NCBI GenBank assembly: GCA_963662615.2
Contig: CAXXSR010000001.1
Location: forward strand, 64,001-128,000
Direction: 5' to 3'
From: Dehalococcoidia bacterium
GTDB taxonomy: Bacteria > Chloroflexota > Dehalococcoidia > Bin125
Length of the DNA: 64,000 nt
Part shown: piece after piece, positions 21,035 through 30,864 of the stretch
How positions within the stretch are numbered: position 1 is the stretch's first letter
Layout of the letters: each line of letters opens with the position of its first letter
Program-made: the position numbers and the translations under genes
The notes under the pieces: model-generated
The model's input: the letters and a program-made list of their open reading frames with translations, nothing else
Databases searched by the model: none
Told to the model about the DNA's origin: nothing

Positions 21035-23059
21035 ATGAGGAACAGCGGCTGGCCAGGGCGAGCCTTCGTGCAGGTCTGGCGCCGGCGGGGCGCCGTCGCG
21101 GCGGTGGTTGTCGCTGCGCTCGCCCTCGTCACCACGGCGCCGCTCGCGCCGTCGCACGCACAAGAGGGCGACTTCACTGGCCCGCCGCCGGCCACCGCAT
21201 ACGCCGGGTCCGTAACCGTTCCGCTTGGACTCGGGACCTACTGCTGGACGGACCCGGGAGCGGAGGTGGGGCTGTGCGCCGATACCATCGGCATTGTCAC
21301 CGACCCCACGGCGCTGACAGTGCCGGTGGGCTCGCTGGTCACCGTCGCTTACCCATCGGGGATCACCGAGGCCTTCGTGCGGGCGAGCCCGTTGCCCGGA
21401 GAGCCGATCCAGGACGACGGGGCGACCCTCGCGTGGGCCCCAGAAGGCGAGGGGCAGGAGCTGGCTGTGCACCTGCGGCCCGGTGCCTTCGGCTTTTTCG
21501 CCGATCTGGCGGCGGGCCAGTAGCTGATGAGTATCCGCCTGTTCGTGCCGGAAGGAGACGTCAGCTACGGCCTAATCCTCGACGTCAGCGCCGATGGGCA
21601 GGGCAGCCCGGCGAACGCCAACGAATTCTTGACCCTTCTTGCTGAGGCGGGCTTCGGTGGCGTTGAGATCCTGGAAATCGCGCTGATGCGCGACTGGATC
21701 CCGGACGCGTTTTCTCCGCGCTACATCGTCGGCGGGGCGACGCTCGAGATATTCGCGCTGGCAACACCGGCGGCCGTTGCCGCGGCGCTCGGCAACCTGG
21801 ACGTGAACGGCGGCGACGTGACGCCTGCAGAGGACATCGCGATCTGGGGCGCAGGGTCGCTCCTCGTCATCCTGCTGAACGCGAGCGATCAGGGCGAGTT
21901 CCAAGCGGTCATCGCGACGCTCGTCGGGCCGCCACACCTGGTCACGACGGAGGATTTGGGGCCCCAACCCGACCCGGCCGCCCTGGCTCAGACCGTCGAC
22001 ACGGTGCGCGCGGCACTGGTGGCGGCCGGCTTCGAGGTGATGCTGGAGCCGGTCGCGGTAAACCGGCTCTTCCTGCCGTCGAACGCCCTGTCGCAGGTGC
22101 TCTCCGCCGACTGGGCCACGGTCGAGGTGTACGCGCTTGCCGAGCCAGACTTCCAAGGGGTGCTCGACGAGTTGAGTAGCGTTGAGCCGCTGCCCCTGCG
22201 CGAGGGCATCGTGTGGGTGTCCGGTTCGACGCTGGTGATCCTCCCCGCGTCGGACCAAGCTGGCCTCGTGCCCGCCGTCATCGGCGCCCTCGGAACGCCG
22301 GTGTTTGTTGGACCCGAAGCATCGACAGGTCCGATCATCGTGACGCCCAATGGCGGCGTCTGCGTCGTCGGACTGACGGCTCTCGTCGTCGAGGTGCCCG
22401 GCGGCTTCGCCTCGGCGGCCGCGGTCGCCGACGCGATCGAGAACGAATGCGGCTCGACGGTGGAGCGGATCTGGCTGCTGCAGGGTGGCGAATGGCTCCT
22501 GTTCGTGCCCGGGATCCCCATCGACTTCGGCCTCACGGCGTTCGGACCGATTTCAGCGGTGCTGGTTGTGTTGGGAGGTGGCGACAGGGAAATGCTGATC
22601 GCTTCCGCGTGGACCAAGGCATTCTGCCCACCGGCGACTGCAGCCACGCGCGATATCGATGCCCTGCTGCTGACTGCACTGGCGCCGAACAAAGTGGTTG
22701 ACCTCGCGGGCTTTGGGTCAGCCGTGCGGAAGGCCGCGGCGTCCCTCCCGGACGCAGGCGCGGCGCTCGCCGCACTTGCGCCCCCGGATGGAGCGCGCGC
22801 GTTTCACCAGGCCTGGGGAGACTTCCTCGGAGACGCCGCGGACCTCGTTCGCGACTCGCTGGATGCGAGCGGCGCGCTCCGCCGAAGTCACTCGGACTTC
22901 TCTACGGAGTTCACTCCGCTGATAAGCGCCGCTGTGCGGAATCTCGTTGCCCTGGAGGTGGACCTGCCAGCAGGTATCAGCGCAGCGCTTCAGAACGAAC
23001 CGTCTTGCGACAGCTTCAGGGTCGCGTTCGAGGCGCTCCGAACCACAACCCGTGTCTAG
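21035..23059 (+). pseudogene. Large secreted hypothetical protein with an in-frame TAG at 21521-21523
   Basis: Signal peptide; ORFs 21035-21523 and 21527-23059 are in the same frame (AAGQ*LMSIRL). Confidence 0.65.
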
Positions 23060-23101
23060 CGAATGCGCTCCACACGATCACGACGCGCTCCGCGCGTAGC
23101 G

Positions 23102-23639
23102 GGCTCCACTTCGGACAGGACTGTTCGACATAAAGTTCAAGATGCTGTGCCTCCAATCTCGCCGCGACGACCGGCTCTATGGCGGATTGATTTTCGGACA
23201 GGTATGTCCGACATAGAGTTGGATTTACGGGAGTGCAATTCGACGTGCGCTGGAGAACGCTTGCAGGCTGCTCAGCTCCGGCAAGCGTCTGCCCGCGCGG
23301 ATTGAAGCCGGATTCGATGTCGAACAGGACTGTCCAAGATAGAGTTCGCTTTCTCTAATCGCGCTATCCGATTCGAAATCGTATAGGCCTATCCGACGTA
23401 GAACCGGATACTGGTGCCCCTTCTACGTTGGCTTGGAATATAGCCAGCACCCGTTCCAGGCCAGGGGGTTCGTGCCGCATTAAATCTCGGACAGTACGCT
23501 TCCCCCAATGGTGTAGAACAGCACTGTTTGAAATGGAGTTCGCGGGGCGGCCAAGGAGGGAGCTGCCGGTTAGGAGCTGCAGTGCAGGAGGCAGCCCTAT
23601 CCCGGATTCAATGCCGGACAGTACAATTCGACATTGAGC
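23102..23639. repeat. Palindromic repeat cluster (about 7 copies)
   Basis: Copies at 23102, 23185, 23311, 23371, 23481, 23511 and 23605. Confidence 0.88.
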
Positions 23640-23755
23640 CGACCACGACACACGAATTGTTGCGGCCGGATGCGGTCGAGCGCATCCGGTGAGCCTTGTG
23701 CCAACCTCTGCGGCCACTCAGCTGTCGTCATCGGGCTCATCGAAGGGAGCGGCCG

Positions 23756-24967
23756 ATGGCCGAGTTGATCACCGCGAGCGACCTCCAACAGCTGATGGCC
23801 AGCAATGAGTTGCACGCGGTCATCGACGTGCGTCCCACCGAAGATTTCCGAGCGGGGCAGATCTTCGGCAGCACCTCGGTGCCGGCGCTGGAGCTCGCGG
23901 AGCGGCTCCCTCGGCTCATTCCCGTCTCATCGGTGCTTACTGCAGCGATCGCCGAGGACGCGGCGTCCAGCTCCGGCGCCGCGACGCAATTTGAACAACT
24001 TGGACTGACCAGGGTTCGCTGGCTCGAGGGCGGCTATGCCGGTTGGGTGGAGATGGAGCTGCCGACGATCTCCGGCTGGAGTGTGCCCGGGAAGGACTTC
24101 AGCGAGCGCCTGCTGATCCAGGAGGCAGTCCCCGAGATCGAGGCGGACGAGCTGGCCGAGCGCCTCAAAGGAACTGAGCGCACGATCGTGCTCGATGCGC
24201 GGACGCCGGCCGAGTTTGCGAAGAGCTGCATCCCCGGTGCACGAAGTGTGCCCGGCGGAGAGCTCCCACTGGCCATCACCGACATCCTGGCCGAGGAGCC
24301 TGCTGGCGAGGTGACCGTCGTCGTCAACTGCGCCGGGCGTACGCGGAGTATCGTGGGCGCCTTCCAATTGCAGCGTCTCGGTGTCCCGAACGTGACCGCA
24401 CTTCGAAACGGCACCATGGGCTTGATGCTCGCGGGTCACGAGCTGCAGCTGAATGCAGACCCGGGCGCACCCCAAAAGTACTCAGCCCACGCCGTCTCAC
24501 ACGCCGAGCGTGTCGCCGATGAGATCGCGGCACGCGACGGAGTGCGAGTCCTTTCCGTCGGTGAACTGGAGAGGCTCCGGGCGAACGCGGATCGAGCGCC
24601 GCTCTACATGGTTGACGTTCGGCTGCCGCATGAATTCATCGCGGGCCACATCCCCGGGGCGCTGGCTTGCCCCGGCGGCCAGATTCCGTTTAGTGACGAT
24701 CAGATCGCGATCCGTGGCACGACGATCGTCACCGTCTGTGATGGCCGCGCTCGCGCGATCTTCGCCGCTTCATTGTGGCGGCGCATGGGATTCCCGCGTG
24801 TGGCCGCTCTCAACGGTGGCGTCGCCGCCTGGGCCGCGGCCGGACTGGAGTTGGATGAAGGCGGCGAGGATCGCCCGTTCGTCGGCGGTGGTTCGCGGAC
24901 TCGAGAGCAGATGATCGCGTACCTCTCCTGGGAGGAGGCGCTTGGCGAGAAGTACCGACGTCCGTGA
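23756..24967 (+). CDS. Multi-rhodanese-domain sulfurtransferase
   Basis: Three rhodanese domains; VVNCAGRTRS and VCDGRARA active loops; SGWSVPGKDF. Confidence 0.87.
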   Translation: MAELITASDLQQLMASNELHAVIDVRPTEDFRAGQIFGSTSVPALELAERLPRLIPVSSVLTAAIAEDAASSSGAATQFEQLGLTRVRWLEGGYAGWVEMELPTISGWSVPGKDFSERLLIQEAVPEIEADELAERLKGTERTIVLDARTPAEFAKSCIPGARSVPGGELPLAITDILAEEPAGEVTVVVNCAGRTRSIVGAFQLQRLGVPNVTALRNGTMGLMLAGHELQLNADPGAPQKYSAHAVSHAERVADEIAARDGVRVLSVGELERLRANADRAPLYMVDVRLPHEFIAGHIPGALACPGGQIPFSDDQIAIRGTTIVTVCDGRARAIFAASLWRRMGFPRVAALNGGVAAWAAAGLELDEGGEDRPFVGGGSRTREQMIAYLSWEEALGEKYRRP

Positions 24968-25314
24968 TGAACACGCGCTCGCGAGCGCGCCACCGCCGAG
25001 CTTAGCTCCGCACGGGCGAGGTCTGGTGTCTCAAGACCCGTGGTAGGGCCAGAAGGGCGTCTTGACGTTGAGTCCGATTCAAGAAGCCGGCCAAGGCCGG
25101 ACGGCGATGTTCGACGTCGCGTCGAGCACAGGACAGCCGAACTCGCTTACCGAGGATCCAATGTCCAACTCAACGCCGGACAGTGCTATTCAGCATTGAA
25201 TCCGGCTTGACATCCAAGGCGGGCGGCGGCGGATAAAGCGCGGCCGCGACGTGCGGGCAAGCGCGCTCGAGAAACTTGCGGACGAGCAAGCGGAGCATGT
25301 GGGGTAGCAGCGCG

Positions 25315-26358
25315 CTAACCGGTGGGGGCGAAGGCCGCGGCGCTTGGCGGCTGCAACCACAACGTCGGCGCGTCTAGGCGGACCCAATAAGCTCCCCCGT
25401 GGACGAGGGGCGCGAGGTCGTTGAGCGTCGCCGGGCGGCCTGGCGCAAAGGAGGTGAAGGCCTGCGAGGCGGTATCGAACGCGAACGCGACGGTGAGGGC
25501 GTCGCCCAGCAACGAGAACCCCTCGAGCGGATTCGTCCTCGGGGGGCCGGTCCACGTCAGCAGATTGAAACCTGACTCCAGCTGAAGCGGGCCGGGCTCT
25601 CCGATCAGCGGCTGGTCCCAGACGATCGGTTCGGCGACGCGCAGCCAGAGTGCCGATCCTCGCGCGATGTGGTCGAGTGAATTGAGGAAGCTCGACGCCG
25701 AGGCGTGCCAGATGCGGTAGGACTGACGGGTGGCATCGAAATTAGCTGCCGCTACCGCCTGATCCACGATCGAGGCGATGGCGTCATCGAATGGGGTCGC
25801 CGGCCCCGTCCAGCCGACAAGGTTCCATCCCTCCACCAACGAGACAGGGCGCTTCACAAAGCGGGCCGAAGCAGGCGCGGCGGCGGCTGGAGCGATCGGG
25901 ACGGTTTCGTTGCTGTCGGCCGCGGGCGCCGTTGGCTCGGCCGCAGGCGCGGTTGGCTCGGCCGCAGGCGCGGCGGCGGGGATAGTCGGTGCCGTCGGGG
26001 CGGCGGCGGCCGGTGCAGTCGGGGCAGGTTCTTTGCTCTCGCCGCCGCAGGCAGCGAGGAGGAGGGCGAGTGCGGTGGCGAAGGCGGTGGCGAAGGCGGT
26101 GGCGAAGGCGGTGGCGAAGGCGGTGGCGAAGACGAGGGCCCGGGGACGTCTGTGCAGGTGCTGCCGCCTGTGCGGTGTCAAAACCTCATCCGCTGTCAGG
26201 TCGCGGGGGACGGCGATGCGGCGCCAGATCGGAGGGTCCACGTTACTCAGTGTGACCTGGAGTTCACAACTCAGTGTGACCTGGAGCTCACAGACCTGCC
26301 GGCCGTACCTGGCGTCGTGGTTCGTCGTCACACCGTGCTCGCACCTCGCGGATGCCAC
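25315..26358 (-). CDS. Secreted lipoprotein with a repeated GWNLVGWTGP domain; 5' end fused to a pRiA4b-ORF3-like fragment; true start uncertain
   Basis: LLAACGG lipobox, AAEPTAP linker, two G(W/F)NL..WTGP repeats; upstream LQVTLSNVDPPIWRRIAVP. Confidence 0.65.
   Translation of the reverse strand: MASARCEHGVTTNHDARYGRQVCELQVTLSCELQVTLSNVDPPIWRRIAVPRDLTADEVLTPHRRQHLHRRPRALVFATAFATAFATAFATAFATALALLLAACGGESKEPAPTAPAAAAPTAPTIPAAAPAAEPTAPAAEPTAPAADSNETVPIAPAAAAPASARFVKRPVSLVEGWNLVGWTGPATPFDDAIASIVDQAVAAANFDATRQSYRIWHASASSFLNSLDHIARGSALWLRVAEPIVWDQPLIGEPGPLQLESGFNLLTWTGPPRTNPLEGFSLLGDALTVAFAFDTASQAFTSFAPGRPATLNDLAPLVHGGAYWVRLDAPTLWLQPPSAAAFAPTG
26072..26131. repeat. 12-bp tandem repeat x5 (GCGGTGGCGAAG), encoding (FATA)n
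   Basis: Direct reading. Confidence 0.92.
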
Positions 26359-26651
26359 CAGGAGAGCGTATTCCTTCCCCGCGGCTCCGACAGTTCAGGC
26401 AGGGGCCGATGGGGTTTTGAGACACCACAGCCCCGGCCGAGGCTCCAGGAGGTCATCCACGTACGCCTGTCGGGGCCGCCTGTCGGGGGCCGCCGTCGCG
26501 GCGGGGCGCCGATCGGACGCTATCTGGGACACATCTATCCGGCATAGAGTCGGGCGTCGGAGCGGGGAACGGGGTCTCGCTGGCCTCATCACTCGGGCGG
26601 CTCCTCGCCGCTAGGAACGTTGCGAGTTGATCCTCTGCTTCCCTAATAGAA

Positions 26652-26684
26652 GGTCGCGGGCTCGAACGCCGTGCGGCAAGCCCG
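26652..26684. repeat. 33-bp hairpin direct repeat, left copy
   Basis: GGTCGCGGGCTCGAACGCCGTGCGGCAAGCCCG; 1 mismatch to 29334-29366. Confidence 0.9.
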
Positions 26685-26689
26685 GGTGG

Positions 26690-27475
26690 TCAGACTTGCA
26701 CCGGCAGCTCGGGGCGCGCCGCCCAGTCGGCGAAGGATCCGTCGTAGAGGCTGACTTCGTAACCGAGGCGCTGTAGCGCGATCAGCGCCACGGCCGCGCG
26801 GGGGCCCCTGCGGCAGTAGGTCACGATCCTGCGACGGGGATGCGGACCCGGTTGGGCGCCGGAGGCGGCGAGCAGGGCCGCAACGTGGGCGCGTGAAGCG
26901 AAGAGGGTCTCGCCCTCGGTCACGAACTCGGTCCAGCGGATGTGGGTCGCGCCGGGGATATGTCCGGCGCGGTCCTCTGTGACCTGCCTGCCGGTAAACT
27001 CTTCGACGCTGCGCGTGTCCAGGAGGACCGGCGGATCCGCGCCCGCGAGATCGGGCGCGAAGACGCGCAGCCCAGAACGCGGCTGCAGCGTGAACTGCGC
27101 CGGCGGGGCCGTCAGCGGCCGGTAGAAGATCTCGTGCCCGGCGGCCCAGCGATCGAAGGGGTGGTCCAGCAAGCGCACGTCGGGGTGGCCGAGGTAGTCG
27201 AGCAGCCAAGCAAGCATGGCACCACTCTGGCCATCGTAGGCGTCGTAGACGACCACGGGCATCCCGGTACCGACCCCGGCGGCGCCGAACCACTGGGCCA
27301 ACTCTTCGTCGGGGCGGAGACGGCCGTCGGCGTCGAAGATCTGCCCGAGGGGCAAGTTGATGGCACCGCCTATGTGGCCCTGGAGGTACTTGACGGGACG
27401 GCGGGCGTCGACGAGGCGGCCGACGGGAGCGGCGAACTCACGCTCGAGCCAGTCCGCGTCGACAAGCTCGATCAT
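26690..27475 (-). CDS. Tandem-domain thiosulfate/3-mercaptopyruvate sulfurtransferase
   Basis: GHIGGA, GHIPGA, YCRRGPRAA and LYDGSFADW motifs. Confidence 0.9.
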   Translation of the reverse strand: MIELVDADWLEREFAAPVGRLVDARRPVKYLQGHIGGAINLPLGQIFDADGRLRPDEELAQWFGAAGVGTGMPVVVYDAYDGQSGAMLAWLLDYLGHPDVRLLDHPFDRWAAGHEIFYRPLTAPPAQFTLQPRSGLRVFAPDLAGADPPVLLDTRSVEEFTGRQVTEDRAGHIPGATHIRWTEFVTEGETLFASRAHVAALLAASGAQPGPHPRRRIVTYCRRGPRAAVALIALQRLGYEVSLYDGSFADWAARPELPVQV

Positions 27476-27500
27476 CTCGAAGCGCTTCCTATAACGCCTC

Positions 27501-28037
27501 CTACAGCGCCTCGAAGTCGACGTTGATGGGGGTGGCGCGGGTGACGCTCTGGGCCACGGGCGAGCCGTCGACGGCTTTCTGCCAGATCTTGCGCAGCGTG
27601 GCTTCGTCGGCGTCGGCCTGCACATAGACCTTGGCCGTGATGCCGCCGTAGCCGGGGTTGCCGGCGTCGTCGAGGTCAGCCCACTTGAGGATGTTGTCGA
27701 AGTTGCCTTCCAGCGCGATCTCGAGGTTTTTGATCTGGACGCCCTGGCGGGTGGCGTTCAGCACGAACCCGACCATCATGCAGGAGCCGACGGCCGAGAG
27801 CAGATGCTCGTGGGCGCTGGCGGCGGTGTCCTTGGTGTCGAGGTCGGCGGGCTCATCGAACTGGGCGGTGTGGGTGCGGGTGTGCGCCTTGGCCTTGAAG
27901 CCATCCTGCCAGACGACGCGCGAGCGCCAGGGGCCGCTGAAGGCCTTGAGGTTCTTGGGCTTCTTCAGTGACGCGATGACCGCTTCCAGCTTCTCGGGGT
28001 GCAGCCCGTTGATCGTGTCCTGCTTCGTGGTCATCAT
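27501..28037 (-). CDS. OsmC/Ohr family protein
   Basis: DEP..L...D.A.S..EHLLSAVGSC and SPV motifs. Confidence 0.85.
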   Translation of the reverse strand: MMTTKQDTINGLHPEKLEAVIASLKKPKNLKAFSGPWRSRVVWQDGFKAKAHTRTHTAQFDEPADLDTKDTAASAHEHLLSAVGSCMMVGFVLNATRQGVQIKNLEIALEGNFDNILKWADLDDAGNPGYGGITAKVYVQADADEATLRKIWQKAVDGSPVAQSVTRATPINVDFEAL

Positions 28038-29206
28038 CGGCTCCCTTCGGCAACCGGGGCGTACTCCCGGCGCAGGATGTCCGCCGCCTGGCGCAGCGCT
28101 TTGAGCTTGCGGAACGACGTCTCCGGGGTGTTGACGGAGCGCTCCGCAAAGGTGCCGAAGCCGCAGTCCGGGTTGAGGTAAATCTTCTCGGGATCGAAGT
28201 ACTGGAGCAGGTCGCGGGCGCGTGCGGCGATCGTCTCCGCGTCCTCGACGTCGTCGCTGCGGGGGTTCACGACGCCCAAGCCGATCTCCTTCTCGTTGGC
28301 GTACTCCTTGAAGACCTCCACCTCACCGGCCCGGGGAGTGGCCATCTCTAGGACCAACTGGTCCACGTTCATCTGTACGAGGTACGGCAGCAGCGGCCCG
28401 TAGTTGCCGCTGAGGAGCACGTCCTCGCGCCGGCTCCAGTTGCCCCGGCAGACGTGGACGCCCAAGCGGACGCCGTCGATGCCGTCGACGGTCTCGTTCA
28501 TGAGTTGGAGCGCGAACTCCATCTCCTCGGTCGGGTCGCGGCGCGATCCCAGCGCCGCGCACATGAACGTCTCCTGGCTCTCCTCGCCGTAAACCACCTG
28601 CGTCAAGGTCGGCTCGTCCAACTGGATGAAGGCTACGCCCATATCCCGCAAGGCCACGATTTCGTCGCGGAGGATCTGCACGACATCCGCGGCGAGGTCC
28701 TCCTGCGTGGGATAGGCGTCGCGCGAGAGTTGCTCGAACCAGGCGGCGCGGCTCAACAGGTAGGGGCCGGGCAGCGGGACCTTGATGGGCTTCTGGGTGT
28801 GCCGCTGGAGGAAGGCGACTTCGTCACGGGCGAGGCCGTCGCGGACCCGGAGCTTTTCGACGGCGACCGGGCTCTTGATGGCGAAGGATGGGACATCGAG
28901 GGCGCGCAGGGTTTCCTCGAAGCGGGCGCGGTCGGGGACGTAGTCCAGCAACTCGGAGACCGCCATGAGGCGCATGCCCTGGATCTTGTCGACGACGAAG
29001 GAGTAGAAGTTGTCGCGGCGCTGTTCGCCGTCCGTGATGATGTCGACCCCGGCGTCCTCCTGGTAGCGGAGCGCCTCCAGGACGGCCTCATCGGCCACGG
29101 CGGCGAAGTCGGCTTCAGAGATCTCCCCGGCCTGGCGCGCCCGGAGGGCGCGGATCAGGTCCGGGGGGCGAGCCCAGCTCCCAACGGTCGTCACCGGAAA
29201 CAGCAT
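28034..29206 (-). CDS. Cobalamin-independent methionine synthase II family (core MetE)
   Basis: TTVGSWARP, TDGEQRR, IQLDEP, HVCRGN and NPDCGF motifs. Confidence 0.92.
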   Translation of the reverse strand: MLFPVTTVGSWARPPDLIRALRARQAGEISEADFAAVADEAVLEALRYQEDAGVDIITDGEQRRDNFYSFVVDKIQGMRLMAVSELLDYVPDRARFEETLRALDVPSFAIKSPVAVEKLRVRDGLARDEVAFLQRHTQKPIKVPLPGPYLLSRAAWFEQLSRDAYPTQEDLAADVVQILRDEIVALRDMGVAFIQLDEPTLTQVVYGEESQETFMCAALGSRRDPTEEMEFALQLMNETVDGIDGVRLGVHVCRGNWSRREDVLLSGNYGPLLPYLVQMNVDQLVLEMATPRAGEVEVFKEYANEKEIGLGVVNPRSDDVEDAETIAARARDLLQYFDPEKIYLNPDCGFGTFAERSVNTPETSFRKLKALRQAADILRREYAPVAEGSR

Positions 29207-29333
29207 GGTCCCCTGCCCTCCACACCGAATCAGTATCAGAGACGCGCCGACAAGCGCCCAGCCTAACATACCCCCCCGAAATTCCACAGCAAACCGCGGC
29301 GGACGCCTTTCCGGGACTGATAGGCGCTGGCCT

Positions 29334-29366
29334 GGTCGAGGGCTCGAACGCCGTGCGGCAAGCCCG
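29334..29366. repeat. 33-bp hairpin direct repeat, right copy
   Basis: GGTCGAGGGCTCGAACGCCGTGCGGCAAGCCCG. Confidence 0.9.
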
Positions 29367-29460
29367 CGGCGCCGATGAGCGACTACCTCGTGGGCAATGC
29401 CAGCCAGCCCAACCTAGAATACGGGCATGCGGGCTGCGGGTCTGGTGGCGGTGAGGGCTG

Positions 29461-30630
29461 GTGGCAGTGACATCGCCCAACGCTGAGCATTTCCGATTTT
29501 TCGACAACCGGGAGAAATATCTCCTCTTTGTGACGACGTGTAGCGAAAAGTGGGAGATCGCCCGGCGGGTGTCGATGGAACTTGAGCGAGTGCGGCCGAC
29601 GCCGCCGGCGCTGCGTCTGTTCGACGCGGGCATGGGCGACGGCACCGTGCTGATCACGGTGATGCGCACCATGCACGCTCAATTCCGGCACATGCCGTGG
29701 CTGGTCGTTGGCAAGGAGATCAGCTTCGAGGATGTGCGCCAGTCCCTGGAGAAGCTTGCGGACCGCTTCTCCGAGCATCCACTGCTCGTCGTGGTGATCA
29801 CGAACATGCTGTACTCCGAGGCGCCCTGGCTTCGCCCACGGCGGGCCGAGGCGGCCGAGCAGGTGAGTTGGCGGGATGTGGCGCTGAACGGGTCGACCGC
29901 GTTTGAGTTCGACCAGCAGATTCGCGACTTGGTGCCGCAGATGGTAGATGACTGGCAGGTCCGGCTGAGCGAGCGAACCGGTAATCCGCTCTACGTGCAC
30001 CCGTCCGTGCTCGTCCTGTATCGGGCCGATCAGCGGTTCGCGCTCGATCAGGTCATCCCGCGCCGGGACGGTGACCGTAGGGCGGAGGGCTACGACCTGG
30101 TGATTGCGTCGCAGCCGTATCGGGCTCGGATGTCCGCGGAAATCAAGGTGCGCAGTGTGATCGCGCCCTTGGCCCGCAGTCTCGCTCCCGGTGGGCGAAT
30201 GCTCACGGTTCACTCGTACGGCAATGATCCCGGCATGGAGATCATCCACAATATCTGGAGCGACGAAGACCCGTTTCGGGCTACTCGCCATGAAATTCTG
30301 GAGCAGGCGCGCGATCAGTTGGCGGATGTCGATGACCTCGATTTCGAGCCGTACAGTGATGATCGGTCGATCTTCAAATATCACATGTACGTCATGCCGT
30401 CCGAGCTGGTAGGCGGGATCGGGACGTCGACGGCGCTGGCCGCGTGGAACGCCGCGATCTATGTCGCGCAGATTGGCGACGATCGTCTTGGCGAGGCCAC
30501 GCGGAGCGGCGCCTTTCTGGACACGGTGCGCGAGGTGCTACAACGTCACAGCGGTCTCTGGTTTAACGATGAGTCATTCGTGATCGCGCGGGATCGGATC
30601 GCGGGCCCGCTTCCGCCCACTGCCGGTTGA
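29461..30630 (+). CDS. Conserved hypothetical protein, class I SAM-methyltransferase-like
   Basis: LFDAGMGDG and LAPGGRML motifs. Confidence 0.7.
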   Translation: MAVTSPNAEHFRFFDNREKYLLFVTTCSEKWEIARRVSMELERVRPTPPALRLFDAGMGDGTVLITVMRTMHAQFRHMPWLVVGKEISFEDVRQSLEKLADRFSEHPLLVVVITNMLYSEAPWLRPRRAEAAEQVSWRDVALNGSTAFEFDQQIRDLVPQMVDDWQVRLSERTGNPLYVHPSVLVLYRADQRFALDQVIPRRDGDRRAEGYDLVIASQPYRARMSAEIKVRSVIAPLARSLAPGGRMLTVHSYGNDPGMEIIHNIWSDEDPFRATRHEILEQARDQLADVDDLDFEPYSDDRSIFKYHMYVMPSELVGGIGTSTALAAWNAAIYVAQIGDDRLGEATRSGAFLDTVREVLQRHSGLWFNDESFVIARDRIAGPLPPTAG

Positions 30631-30864
30631 TCCCCTGCATCCCAATCTGTCGATCCGAGACGACCTGACTTCCAGCATGACGGAAACCGAATTGATGTGT
30701 GTAGTTGCACGGCTTATCACGAGTGGAGGACGCCAGAGTGGTGGGAGGATGGTCGGCCTCGTGACTCACGCCTTGAGGTGACAGGGGAATTGTGAGAGCT
30801 TCAGGCCTCACCATGACTTCTGGTGAGACGTGAGACAGCATCGTATGTTCAGTCGAGGAGCGTG

